The notes: generated by a model from the sequence alone, not told the origin. 64,000 nt of DNA from an uncultured delta proteobacterium (GCA_963802945.1 CAWDKY010000032.1:43444-107443); one strand, 5' to 3'; shown: positions 37,089 to 45,988, counted from the stretch's first letter. A program made the numbers and translations.

Positions 37089-38348
37089 ATGGCTAAAATT
37101 AAATTTGGTTCAATGTGGGTCGCATTCGTAATGTTGTTTATGGTAGGTGGATTGCTGTTTTCCCCGAAGGCCAACGCTGCCGGAAAAACCGTGTATATCG
37201 GCGGCACCATGTCGCTGACCGGACCCTACGCTGAGGATTCGGCGGCAATCCTGGCTGCCTTTGAGGACTATGTTAAGTATGTAAACGAGACCAAACGTTT
37301 GGCCCCCTGGCGCAAAGAGAAATGGCCCGCCGATATAAACCTGGAACTGCTCTGGCGCGATGACGAGCTCAAACCGGCCAAGGCCCTCTCCATCTACGAG
37401 GAGCTCAAGGCCAAAGGGATGCTGGTCTACAGGATATCGGGATCGCCCATCGCCCTGGCCCTCAAGGACAGGCTGAATCAGGACCACATGGGGGCCACGA
37501 GTATGGCCTCCGGACCCTACCTCCTGAAACCACCGCAAACCGTTTTTACCTATTATCCCATTTATACCGATTCCCTGGCGGCAATCGCCGATTGGTTTAA
37601 GGCCCAATGGAAGGGGCCGGGGAAACCAAGGGTGGCTTACCTGACCGCTGATAATGCCATGGGCAAGTCGATTGAAATACCTGAGATGAAAGCCTATCTT
37701 GAGAAGGCGGGATTTGAATTTGTCGGTATCCAGTATGTGCCCCTGGTCCCCACCTCCCCGCCTACGACCCAATTAATGTGGCTGAAACAAAACAAGGTTG
37801 ACCTGGCCCTGGGTGTGATGGTCAACCCCGGCTCACAACCGACCATCAAAGAAGCGGTAAGACTGGGCATGGGCCCCCATCTGGATTACAAAATCGTTTT
37901 CGGTCAAGCCTTACCCAGCCACGCCGCCGTGTTCGCTCCGGCCATGGGTGTGCTGGGTGACGGTTTTATCTGTGCCGGGAGTTTTCCTCCATTGGATGAT
38001 CTAGCCACTCCGGGGATAAAATTCTGTGACGACCTGCAGAAGAAATATCACCCAACCAAAAGGGCCACCCATGTCATGTACGTGGGCGGTATGCTCGAGG
38101 CCATGGTCCAGGTTGAAGCCTTAAGGCTGGCCTTGCAAAAGACGCCCCTTGAAAAGCTGAAACCGGAAGATGTGCTTCAAAACGGGTTCTACAAAATTAA
38201 AAATCTTTCTACCGGGAACTTGAGTGCCACCCCAATGAGCTATGGTCCGGGGAATGTCGAAGGAGTTAGTGCAGTACGTATAGACCAGGTCCAGAAGGGA
38301 AAAGTGGTCAACCTGGGCACAACATGGCCGATTCGGCATATTTATTAA
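37089..38348 (+). CDS. ABC importer substrate-binding protein (LivK-like)
   Basis: Signal peptide ending PKANAAG. Periplasmic-binding-protein-like sequence of 419 aa, with a GAGGAGGAG ribosome-binding site. Confidence 0.9.
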   Translation: MAKIKFGSMWVAFVMLFMVGGLLFSPKANAAGKTVYIGGTMSLTGPYAEDSAAILAAFEDYVKYVNETKRLAPWRKEKWPADINLELLWRDDELKPAKALSIYEELKAKGMLVYRISGSPIALALKDRLNQDHMGATSMASGPYLLKPPQTVFTYYPIYTDSLAAIADWFKAQWKGPGKPRVAYLTADNAMGKSIEIPEMKAYLEKAGFEFVGIQYVPLVPTSPPTTQLMWLKQNKVDLALGVMVNPGSQPTIKEAVRLGMGPHLDYKIVFGQALPSHAAVFAPAMGVLGDGFICAGSFPPLDDLATPGIKFCDDLQKKYHPTKRATHVMYVGGMLEAMVQVEALRLALQKTPLEKLKPEDVLQNGFYKIKNLSTGNLSATPMSYGPGNVEGVSAVRIDQVQKGKVVNLGTTWPIRHIY

Positions 38349-38728
38349 CCCTAATCACGATCATTCCGGGGGCTCTGCGTCAAGGGCCCCTGGTTACCTC
38401 AGTCGTAAACCTTTTTTATTAGCTACGAACCCACACAGACTCACGGGACAAGTCAAGGGCGATGAACTACTTTCTCGCCCTTGACGAGGTCGGCCCTACA
38501 ACTATTCTAAAGAGACCATTCCGAAGGTTAACGATTACCATTTAAAATCTGCATAAAAAAAAGGGGGGGGCCGCATTTGCCCATCACTTTATTTGAAATG
38601 ACTAAGAGTCAAGGGTAGACTTGACCCCTTTTTTAACCATCTAGTCCATTCCAGCGATGGTGGTGTCCGACACGAGGCCTGTCTGGAACTGCTTTTTAGA
38701 CGAGTCTAAAGCGGACTGCCGGGCCGCC

Positions 38729-38996
38729 TCATTTCTTTTGATTCGCTACGATATATTCAGCCATGGTTCTTATAGAGGTGAATATCTTCCGCCCTTCTCT
38801 TAGGTTTTCGATCTTAATACCGTAATTGTTTTCCATAAGAATGGCAAGCTCCATCGCATCAATAGAATCAAGACCCAACCCGTTTCCGAAAAGAGGTGCT
38901 TCCGTTTCAATTTCTTCCGGTGTAAGGTCTAACAGGTTCAGCAGCGGTTATGATCTCTTCCTTCAGTTTGAGAATCAATTCCTCCATGATTTTCAT
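38729..38996 (-). pseudogene. acyl carrier protein, single-nucleotide frameshift as sequenced
   Basis: The minus strand reads MKIMEELILKLKEEIIT, then after a 1-nt slip near 38940-38946 reads LLNLLDLTPEEIETEAPLFGNGLGLDSIDAMELAILMENNYGIKI...ANQKK with the phosphopantetheine Ser in GLDSID. The span is 268 nt (3n+1). This gene is not in the ORF track. Confidence 0.7.
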
Positions 38997-39149
38997 TTTC
39001 CTTTAAATAGTTTTTCCAAATTAAAAAGTAAATTTTAACACATTCTTTAAATTTTTTAAATCTTTTTATCCTGTCTTCCTGCTCAACCACGAAGGGAGAA
39101 AGGAGGCTATTCTACAGGAGCGAAGAGAAAAGAAATGGTTGAATGAATG

Positions 39150-39205
39150 ATAAGAACTTGCTTTTTATGGGAGGAAGTATAAGTTGAAAAAAAAGTCGAA
39201 GTCAA
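39150..39205 (-). promoter_or_regulatory. promoter-leader cassette copy (TTGACT-N18-TATACT plus CCTCCCATAAAAAGCAAGTTCTTATC)
   Basis: agtcaa at 39200-39205 and agtata at 39176-39181. This is the copy nearest upstream of the ACP gene. Confidence 0.55.
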
Positions 39206-39227
39206 GGAGAAAATCAGGTCAAAATTT

Positions 39228-39283
39228 GATAAGAAGTTGCTTTTTGATGGGTAAAGTATAAGACAAAGAAAAGTTTAGATCAA
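39228..39283 (-). promoter_or_regulatory. promoter-leader cassette copy (TTGATC-N17-TATACT plus ACCCATCAAAAAGCAACTTCTTATC)
   Basis: gatcaa at 39278-39283 and agtata at 39255-39260. Homology to 23632-23795 continues to about 39394, where the IS30 element begins. Confidence 0.55.
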
Positions 39284-39394
39284 GAAGAAAAATAGGGCGG
39301 AAGGTAAGATGACAAAGGGGGACGTTTGAAGAAAAAAGGGACTTTGCCAGTTGGGATTATACCAAGAGTGAGAAATAAGGGGGAAAGAAGGCCT

Positions 39395-40505
39395 GGCAGA
39401 TTCTACTTGCAAGTGCGCCACATTAGATAACCGCAGGACATGATGGGATTTTCTGGTAGTGTGTGAAGCACGACCAACACGCACCCCAGAAAGGGACCCA
39501 TCATGCCCTATACCCATCTTACAGAAAAAGATCGATATGTCATCAGCCATTTGAAGGTGGCCGGTTTTTCGCTACGGGAGATTGGACGTCGTCTCGGGCG
39601 AGACCATGCCACCATTAGTCGGGAGATCAAACGTAACGGCCCAACCTATCCTGAAGGAATATACTGGTACGATTTCACACAACCCCGGGCCATTGAGCGG
39701 CGTCATAAAGCCCGGCATTATCGCCGGCATGATCACCGTACGCTGGTTGAATATGTTGAAGCTAAAATCCGTATCGAATGGCCTCCGGAAGTTATTGCTG
39801 CTCACCTAAAGCTTGATCACCCAAACGATAAAACCATGCGTATCTGCCAGGAAACTATTTATCGGTGGATATTTCAAGATGCTCAACAAGGTGGCGATCT
39901 CTACTGCTATCAGAGACGCCGTCACAAAAAACGCCGCAAACAAAGACGCTATGGCTCGGGAAGACGTTTTATCCCTGGGCGTGTTTCCATTGATCAACGT
40001 CCATCCCTGGTTGATTTACGCCAACGGTTTGGGGACTGGGAAGGGGACACGCTGGAAGGTGGAAAAGGAAAAGGGGGCCTGGCCACTCATGTCGAGCGTA
40101 AAGGCCGTTATCTATTGGCAGCCAAGCTCTCGGACAAGACCTCCAACACCATGACTCAGCAAAGCATTAAATCCTTTCGGAAAGCTCCCCGGACCCTACG
40201 CCATACCCTCACCGTTGATAATGGTAAAGAATTTTCTAATTTCAAAGAGCTCGAAAATAAAACCGGGTTAAAAGTCTATTTCGCAGACCCCTATGCAGCT
40301 TGGCAGCGGGGAATCAATGAAAATACAAATGGTCTGTTAAGACAATATTTCCCAAAAGGAACTGATTTCCAAAAGATATCGGAAAAAGAGATTGCTTTTG
40401 TCGTTAAAAAACTAAATAATCGCCCCAGAAAATGTCTCCACTACCAGACCCCTCATGCGGTCTTCTGTCAGGCTCTTAGTGGTGCACTTTGAAGTAGAAT
40501 CTGCC
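39395..40505 (+). mobile_element. IS30-family insertion sequence (1111 bp) with imperfect terminal inverted repeats
   Basis: IRL GGCAGATTCTACTTGCAAGTGC (39395-39416) matches the reverse complement of IRR at 40484-40505 (GGCAGATTCTACTTCAAAGTGC) at 20 of 22 positions. The element encloses the transposase ORF. No clear target duplication was seen. Confidence 0.9.
39503..40492 (+). CDS. IS30 family transposase
   Basis: N-terminal HTH ([21 protein letters not shown]) and DDE region ([28 protein letters not shown]). The 329-aa ORF is intact. Confidence 0.95.
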   Translation: MPYTHLTEKDRYVISHLKVAGFSLREIGRRLGRDHATISREIKRNGPTYPEGIYWYDFTQPRAIERRHKARHYRRHDHRTLVEYVEAKIRIEWPPEVIAAHLKLDHPNDKTMRICQETIYRWIFQDAQQGGDLYCYQRRRHKKRRKQRRYGSGRRFIPGRVSIDQRPSLVDLRQRFGDWEGDTLEGGKGKGGLATHVERKGRYLLAAKLSDKTSNTMTQQSIKSFRKAPRTLRHTLTVDNGKEFSNFKELENKTGLKVYFADPYAAWQRGINENTNGLLRQYFPKGTDFQKISEKEIAFVVKKLNNRPRKCLHYQTPHAVFCQALSGAL

Positions 40506-40602
40506 GTTTCACCTAAGGGGAACAACCCGAAGTATAAAAATCACCCTGCACCTTTTGAAAAAGGGAGGACCAGGGGAAATTTTAATAAGGTGTAGGACAT
40601 TC

Positions 40603-41510
40603 ATGGATCAAATTTTAAAAGGACTTTATCGCTTGGGAGTACGTGAGTTTCCTTCTTATCTCGTAGTGGGGAGCAGTCTAATTATTCAGGTTGATGCTGG
40701 AACCACATTTACGGGGCCGCAGGTCCTCCAAGATATTCAAGAAGCGCTGGGGAAAGGAAGGGGACCGGACTTTCTTTTCCACACCCATTCCCACTTCGAC
40801 CATGTAGGCAGCACCCCTTTTCTCAAGCGGCACTTTCCGGAGATAAAAATAGGCGGCAGTGAAACGTTCGCCAGGCGGCTCTCTCAGCCCAAGGCCGGGA
40901 AAGCCATAGCTGATCTCAACCGTGCGCTTGTTCAGAAAAATAATATGGACCAGGGCTTTATTCCCGGGGATTTTGACTACAGCCTCTTGACGGTTGAGCG
41001 GATTCTTAAAAACGGGGATTTGGTCGATCTGGGTGGAGGGGCATCGCTTGAGGTCCTCGCCACTCCCGGCCACACCAACGACAGCCTGAGCTTCTTTCTC
41101 CCCCATCTGGAGGTCATGCTGCCGGGCGATGCGCTCGGGATCCTTCCGGGAGATGATGTTTGGGTGGCGCCCCAGTTTCTATCTAGCTACGAGGATTATC
41201 TCGACTCCATCGATCGGGTTAGAAAAAAAGCGCCGAAAACCCTTCTCTTGGGCCATCACTCCGTGGTACGCCAAGCGGAATCGACCGATTTTTTAAGGCC
41301 GCTGTTTCCGACTGCCAGGCCTTCCGGGAGATGATCGAACAGTATCTGAACGAATTCCAGATGAAGGAAGAAATGGTCGTCCAGCGTATCCAGGCCGCCG
41401 AGTATCAGACGCTCCGCAAAAGCAAACAGCCCGAGGCGGCTTTTCTTTTAAACCTTGCCGCCCAGGTCCGCTTGATCGCGAGAGATATGAAAGGGGATCG
41501 GATGGGATAA
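40603..41510 (+). pseudogene. MBL-fold metallo-hydrolase, frameshift in a T6 run as sequenced
   Basis: HTHSHFDH metal motif. After the T run at 41289-41294 the ORF continues in another frame (FFKAAVSDCQAFREMIEQYL...) to the TAA at 41508-41510. The span is 908 nt (3n+2). Confidence 0.75.
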
Positions 41511-41562
41511 TATTATTTTCAGGCAAAATGCCTGACCTATTTAATTTTGAGCTTTGAGTTTC

Positions 41563-41585
41563 GTTCCCACCCATAGCGTGGGAAC
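41563..41585. terminator. hairpin GTTCCCAC-N7-GTGGGAAC between convergent genes
   Basis: 8-bp perfect stem flanked by heptamer-type repeats. It sits between the MBL gene (+) and the ligase gene (-). Confidence 0.4.
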
Positions 41586-41633
41586 AATAAATAGGTTTGT
41601 GGTTTACTTCAGCTTTCAGTTTTCAGCTATTTT

Positions 41634-43154
41634 TTATTTTCCGAGCTTATCCTTAAGCTCCCTTTTCAGTATTTTACCGGCACTATTGCGGGGGAATTCT
41701 TTTACAAAAACGACCTTTTTGGGAATCTTAAAGTAGGCAATTTTTTCTTGGAGGACTTCGAGCAGTACTTCTTCGGTCATCGTAGCGCCCTTGTTCAGCA
41801 AAACAAAGGCCGCCACCACTTCGCCCCGCTTGGAATCGGGCATCCCGACCGCTGCGGCCTCCGACACTTGAGGAATCGATTCGATGGCGCGCTCCACTTC
41901 GGCGGCATAGATATTCTCTCCCGAACTGATAATCATATCGATCTTTCGGCCGACAATATAAAGAAACCCCTCACGATCCTGTTTCCCTAGATCGCCAGTG
42001 TAAAACCATCCATCGCGGAAAGACGCCTGCGTCTCTTGCTCCTTATTCCAGTATCTTAAAAAAACGGTGGGGCCCTTTACCACAACCTCACCAACTTCGC
42101 CCGGCGGCACATCCTGGCCGCTTTCATCCACGATTCGCAAGTGGGTGTGGAATACCTCTTTGCCGACCGACCCGGCTTTGCGGATAGTGTCTTCGAGATC
42201 CAGGGAGGTCAGTCGCAAAGTTTCGGTCATGGCATACCCCTGCGTGAACCGGACTCCCTTTTCCTCCTGATACTTGCGGATCAGGTCAACGGACATGGAA
42301 GCCCCGCCGGCAATGAAGAAATAGACGTGGGAAAAATCAGCTCTTTCCCAGGCGTCGGTTTTGGCCATCATTTCAAACATCACCGGTACCGCAAACATGT
42401 AGTTGATTTTTTCAGCGCAGATAAGCTCAACAACTTCCGAAGGGTTGTCGAAACTTTTAAGAACCAGCGAGCCTCCGGCATAAATAGCCGGCGTGGCCGA
42501 GGCGGCCAGGGCCCCGATGTGGAAAAGGGGAGCTACTACAAGGGATTTGCAGTTGGAGCTGATGCCGTAGCCGATCAGGGAATGGATGGCCCCAAAAAGA
42601 AAGTTTTCATGCGAAAGCACGGCCCCTTTGGGATCGCCGGTCGTCCCGGATGTATACATGATGACTAAGGGATCTTTCAGGGTCAATTCCTCCGCGGGAA
42701 TCGGTTCTTCTTCCGGAAATGAGGCTGTAAAATTCGCAAGAGAAGCATCGCTGGAAAATCGGTCGCCGCCATGCTGGAGATAATGCTCAACCGCTGGGGA
42801 TGCAGCTTTAAGCCCCTCGGCCTTGTCTACAAGTTCAGCAGAATAGATCAGGGCCCGGGGAGCGGCATCTTTAATGATATAACCCATTTCCGGCAGCGCC
42901 AGTTTTAAATTAATGGGGACGATCATCGCACCGGTTTTGGCGCAGGCAAAAAAGACTTCCAGAAATTCGCTGGAGTTGACCATCAGGGTTGCCACCCGTT
43001 CACCCTTTTTGACGTCGAGCGCTGCCAGCGCATGGGCGGTTTGGTTCACCCGCGCATTGAACTGGCGGTTGGTGAATGCCCGGTCTTCCTGTTTTAGAAA
43101 AGGCCGCTGCGGATAAGTCAGCGCGCGCTTGTAAATCCACTCCCCAATGTTCAT
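41634..43154 (-). CDS. AMP-dependent acyl-CoA/acyl-ACP ligase (FadD-like)
   Basis: YTSGTTGDPKGAVLSH, GWFYTGDLGKQDREGFLYIVGRKID and C-terminal NSAGKILKREL motifs. AAGGAG lies 8 nt upstream of ATG 43154. Confidence 0.9.
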   Translation of the reverse strand: MNIGEWIYKRALTYPQRPFLKQEDRAFTNRQFNARVNQTAHALAALDVKKGERVATLMVNSSEFLEVFFACAKTGAMIVPINLKLALPEMGYIIKDAAPRALIYSAELVDKAEGLKAASPAVEHYLQHGGDRFSSDASLANFTASFPEEEPIPAEELTLKDPLVIMYTSGTTGDPKGAVLSHENFLFGAIHSLIGYGISSNCKSLVVAPLFHIGALAASATPAIYAGGSLVLKSFDNPSEVVELICAEKINYMFAVPVMFEMMAKTDAWERADFSHVYFFIAGGASMSVDLIRKYQEEKGVRFTQGYAMTETLRLTSLDLEDTIRKAGSVGKEVFHTHLRIVDESGQDVPPGEVGEVVVKGPTVFLRYWNKEQETQASFRDGWFYTGDLGKQDREGFLYIVGRKIDMIISSGENIYAAEVERAIESIPQVSEAAAVGMPDSKRGEVVAAFVLLNKGATMTEEVLLEVLQEKIAYFKIPKKVVFVKEFPRNSAGKILKRELKDKLGK

Positions 43155-43169
43155 CGAGATTACTCCTTA

Positions 43170-43294
43170 ACAGGTTGCTGAAAAAGGCCCATCTACTGTG
43201 TTGCCCTCATCCCTCGTCATTGCGGCGTACCTCTGTGTACGCCTCACAGTCTCGGAATTTCGGCGCCTTGTATCTGGACCTTTTCGAGCAACCT
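43170..43294 (-). repeat. structured MITE-like intergenic element, copy B (125 nt)
   Basis: Terminal inverted repeats ACAGGTTGCTGAAAAAGGCCCA and TGGACCTTTTCGAGCAACCT, plus an internal GGCGTAC-N6-GTACGCC hairpin. Relative to copy A it lacks about 55 nt. Confidence 0.7.
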
Positions 43295-43322
43295 TTAAAA
43301 TAAATTGGTAATACGCAAATTG

Positions 43323-44546
43323 TTAAGTAATATTTTTCAGCACCAGCGAAACAAAGGTCCCCCCGGATGAAAACCCGTTTATCAGACCGAAATTAATTGG
43401 AAGGTCTATCTTTTTTTCCATGACAAACCGCAGCGGACGGATCGGATTTTTAAGACCGACCGTGGGGGGAATGCTTCCCGCCTTTATCGATAAGGCCATG
43501 GCCGCCGTCCTTATCCCCCCGGATGAGAAGCTCTCACCCACAGCCCCTTTAATGGCGCTGATATAGGGTCGATCAGTAGCGCTTCCAAATACGATAGACA
43601 GCGCCTCGGCCTCAAGGGCGTCCAGTCTGCTGCCGCCGCTGGCGGCGGCCGAGACATAATCGATTGCGCCGGGGGCGATCCCGGCCGAATTCAGCGCCCG
43701 GGTGATCGCCAGGACCGACCCCCGGGGATCTGAAGGCCAGTCGGTGGGCGGGGCCGGCGCTGAGCTCAGGCCCCATCCGACAATTTCACAATAGGGTCTG
43801 TGCCCGCGGGCCTCGGCCTGCGAGAAGGTCTCAAGGCATACCATCCCCGCCCCCTCGCCGACTACCGGTCCGTTTCGACGGATGTCAAAGGGACGTGCTC
43901 CCTCCGGCCCGCCGCCTAACGGGGAAAGGGCCTTAAAATGGGTCAGCACTCTAAAAAAGAATTCTGAAATAATATCTACGCCACCGGCAAACATAAAATC
44001 GGCCCGGCCTTGTTTAATCTCAGAAGCGGCGTAGACGATGGCCGTCTCGGCCGAGGCCTCACGGTGATTGATGGTTGAGTTGATCCCCCTGAAGCCAAGC
44101 TCGATGGAAGTATGGCCGGCCGGCGCGTTCATCACCGTATTCGGCACCTGAAAGGGACCGACCATCCCCGGGCCTTGGCTGAGAAGCACTCCGGCAAACT
44201 GGGCGGCAACGTCGGTGCTGCCGACGGCGGTCCCCAGGATAATCCCCGTCCGATCCCGGTTGGAGACGTCTATGCTGACCCCGGCATCCTCCAGGGCCAT
44301 CCTGGCTGAAGCGCAGGCCAGAGAGGATGTCCGGTCCATCTTGCGAAGGTTTTTCACGGAGATGAACGCTCTGGGGCTAAAGTCCGTTACAGCCGCTCCC
44401 AGTTTGGAAGCAAAATGGGACGTATCAAAATGCGTAATCGGGGAGATGCCGCAGTCTCCCCGGAAAAGTTTCTGCAAGAAATCATCCTTTCCAACCCCTA
44501 AGGGAGTGACCAGGCCGACCCCGGATATGACCACACGGTTACTCAT
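43323..44546 (-). CDS. beta-ketoacyl synthase-like protein lacking the Cys-His-His triad (chain-length-factor-like partner)
   Basis: Aligned to the adjacent KS, TACSSGATAI becomes HREASAETAI, AHGTAT becomes AAASGG, and TGHTLGAAG becomes VGESFSSGG. ATG 44546 overlaps the upstream stop by 8 nt. Confidence 0.85.
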   Translation of the reverse strand: MSNRVVISGVGLVTPLGVGKDDFLQKLFRGDCGISPITHFDTSHFASKLGAAVTDFSPRAFISVKNLRKMDRTSSLACASARMALEDAGVSIDVSNRDRTGIILGTAVGSTDVAAQFAGVLLSQGPGMVGPFQVPNTVMNAPAGHTSIELGFRGINSTINHREASAETAIVYAASEIKQGRADFMFAGGVDIISEFFFRVLTHFKALSPLGGGPEGARPFDIRRNGPVVGEGAGMVCLETFSQAEARGHRPYCEIVGWGLSSAPAPPTDWPSDPRGSVLAITRALNSAGIAPGAIDYVSAAASGGSRLDALEAEALSIVFGSATDRPYISAIKGAVGESFSSGGIRTAAMALSIKAGSIPPTVGLKNPIRPLRFVMEKKIDLPINFGLINGFSSGGTFVSLVLKNIT

Positions 44547-45786
44547 GGGCAATCCCTCTCGGGGTATAACTTCCCAAAACGATGGCGGTGTTGTTTCCGC
44601 CGAAGGCAAAAGAATTGGAAAGAACGATATTCACCTCCGCCTCCCGGCAGCCTTCGGTAACATAGTCCAGATCACATTCGGGGTCGGGTTCGGTCAGGTG
44701 AATCGTCGGCGGAATAAAATGCTGAAAAATAGCCAGAACGCAAGCCACTGCTTCGATGGCGCCGGCCGCGCCCAAGGTGTGGCCCGTCATGGATTTTGTG
44801 GAACTCACCGGGAGGTGATAGGCCCGTTGGCCGAAAACCGCCTTGATCGCCTTGGTTTCTACAGGATCGTTGGCCGGGGTGGCCGTGCCATGGGCGTTGA
44901 TATAGTCCACCTGCTCAGGGGCTAGGCCGCTGTCCTGCAAGGCGGCTTCTATACAGCGCACCGCCCCCGAAGCCTCAGGGTCCGGAGCGGTCATATGGTA
45001 GCTGTCGCAACTCACCCCGTATCCGAGGACCTCCCCGTAGATGCGCGCTCCCCGCTTTTGCGCCTGGCTCAAGGCCTCCAGGATCATGATGCCGGCCCCT
45101 TCGCCGAGAGAAAGCCCCTGCCGGTTTTTGTCGAAAGGCTTGCAATATTCCGGGTCCACCGCCTGCAGCGCGTTAAAAGCGCCGTAAGTAATCCGGCAAA
45201 GGGGTTCGGTGCCTCCGGCGATAACCACGGTTGCCGTCCCCTCCCGGATCAGATCCCTGGCATACCCGATGGCCGTGGCGCCGGATGAACAGGCGGTCAT
45301 GAATGTGGTTTTGGGTCCCATCAGCCCTAAGTTTGAGGCGATCTGGTCCGCGGAAGAGGCGCAGCAAAAGGCCGAAAAAGGCGAATAGCGGACGCCTTTA
45401 CCGCTGCCCTGGAGATATTGGCGATAGGCCTCCTCGCCTTCCAGCATGCCGCCGGCCCCGCCGCCGATAACAACGCCGGTATCGGCCTGCAGGACTTCCG
45501 GAAAAGGAAAAAGTCCCGCATCGCTCAAGGCCTCCAGCGCAGCCGCCATGGCCATGCGGTCCGAACGAGACATCCGCTTTAATGAGAATTCCGGCGGGAT
45601 CATCTCGCGTGGGGCAAAATTTTTCACTTCCCCGCCGGTATGGGTTCTGAAGTCGGTCGTATCAAAGACCGTGACCGGTCCGATGCCGCATACCCCTTGC
45701 CTTAGAGCTGCGCTGAATTTAGACGCACTCCCGGCAATGGCATTGATGGTTCCCAGTCCGGTGATGACGACTCTTTCTTTTTCCAT
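44539..45786 (-). CDS. beta-ketoacyl-ACP synthase (KAS I/II-type, catalytic triad intact)
   Basis: Active-site TACSSGATAIGYA, HGTATPANDPVE, GHTLGAAG and SNSFAFGGNN motifs. Confidence 0.9.
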   Translation of the reverse strand: MEKERVVITGLGTINAIAGSASKFSAALRQGVCGIGPVTVFDTTDFRTHTGGEVKNFAPREMIPPEFSLKRMSRSDRMAMAAALEALSDAGLFPFPEVLQADTGVVIGGGAGGMLEGEEAYRQYLQGSGKGVRYSPFSAFCCASSADQIASNLGLMGPKTTFMTACSSGATAIGYARDLIREGTATVVIAGGTEPLCRITYGAFNALQAVDPEYCKPFDKNRQGLSLGEGAGIMILEALSQAQKRGARIYGEVLGYGVSCDSYHMTAPDPEASGAVRCIEAALQDSGLAPEQVDYINAHGTATPANDPVETKAIKAVFGQRAYHLPVSSTKSMTGHTLGAAGAIEAVACVLAIFQHFIPPTIHLTEPDPECDLDYVTEGCREAEVNIVLSNSFAFGGNNTAIVLGSYTPRGIAHE

Positions 45787-45860
45787 AAGAACTTATTAGT
45801 TCACAGAAAGCTGTAATAATAGGCAGACAGATTGAATGTTTTTTATTTGATATTTTTTAG

Positions 45861-45914
45861 CTAGGAACTTGCTTTTTGAGAGGAGACTATAAACCAAGGG
45901 AAAAACGGGGTCAA
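45861..45914 (-). promoter_or_regulatory. promoter-leader cassette copy (TTGACC-N17-TATAGT plus CTCCTCTCAAAAAGCAAGTTCCTAG)
   Basis: ggtcaa at 45909-45914 and actata at 45886-45891, about 100 nt upstream of the KS start. Confidence 0.55.
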
Positions 45915-45988
45915 GGAGAAAAGGGTTATAAAGCAAGAACCCAGTATGACAATTTTAACCAAAGAAGAGAAGTAACAGAAGATCAACC

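Noticed and set aside
38555-38570. A8G8 homopolymer pair in the SBP-ACP convergent spacer
   Set aside because: It was considered as a slipped-strand switch but is not adjacent to any start codon or promoter. It is more likely an assembly-sensitive tract.
44215-44925. 236-aa plus-strand ORF
   Set aside because: It is antisense across the KS / KS-like junction, so it is a shadow ORF.
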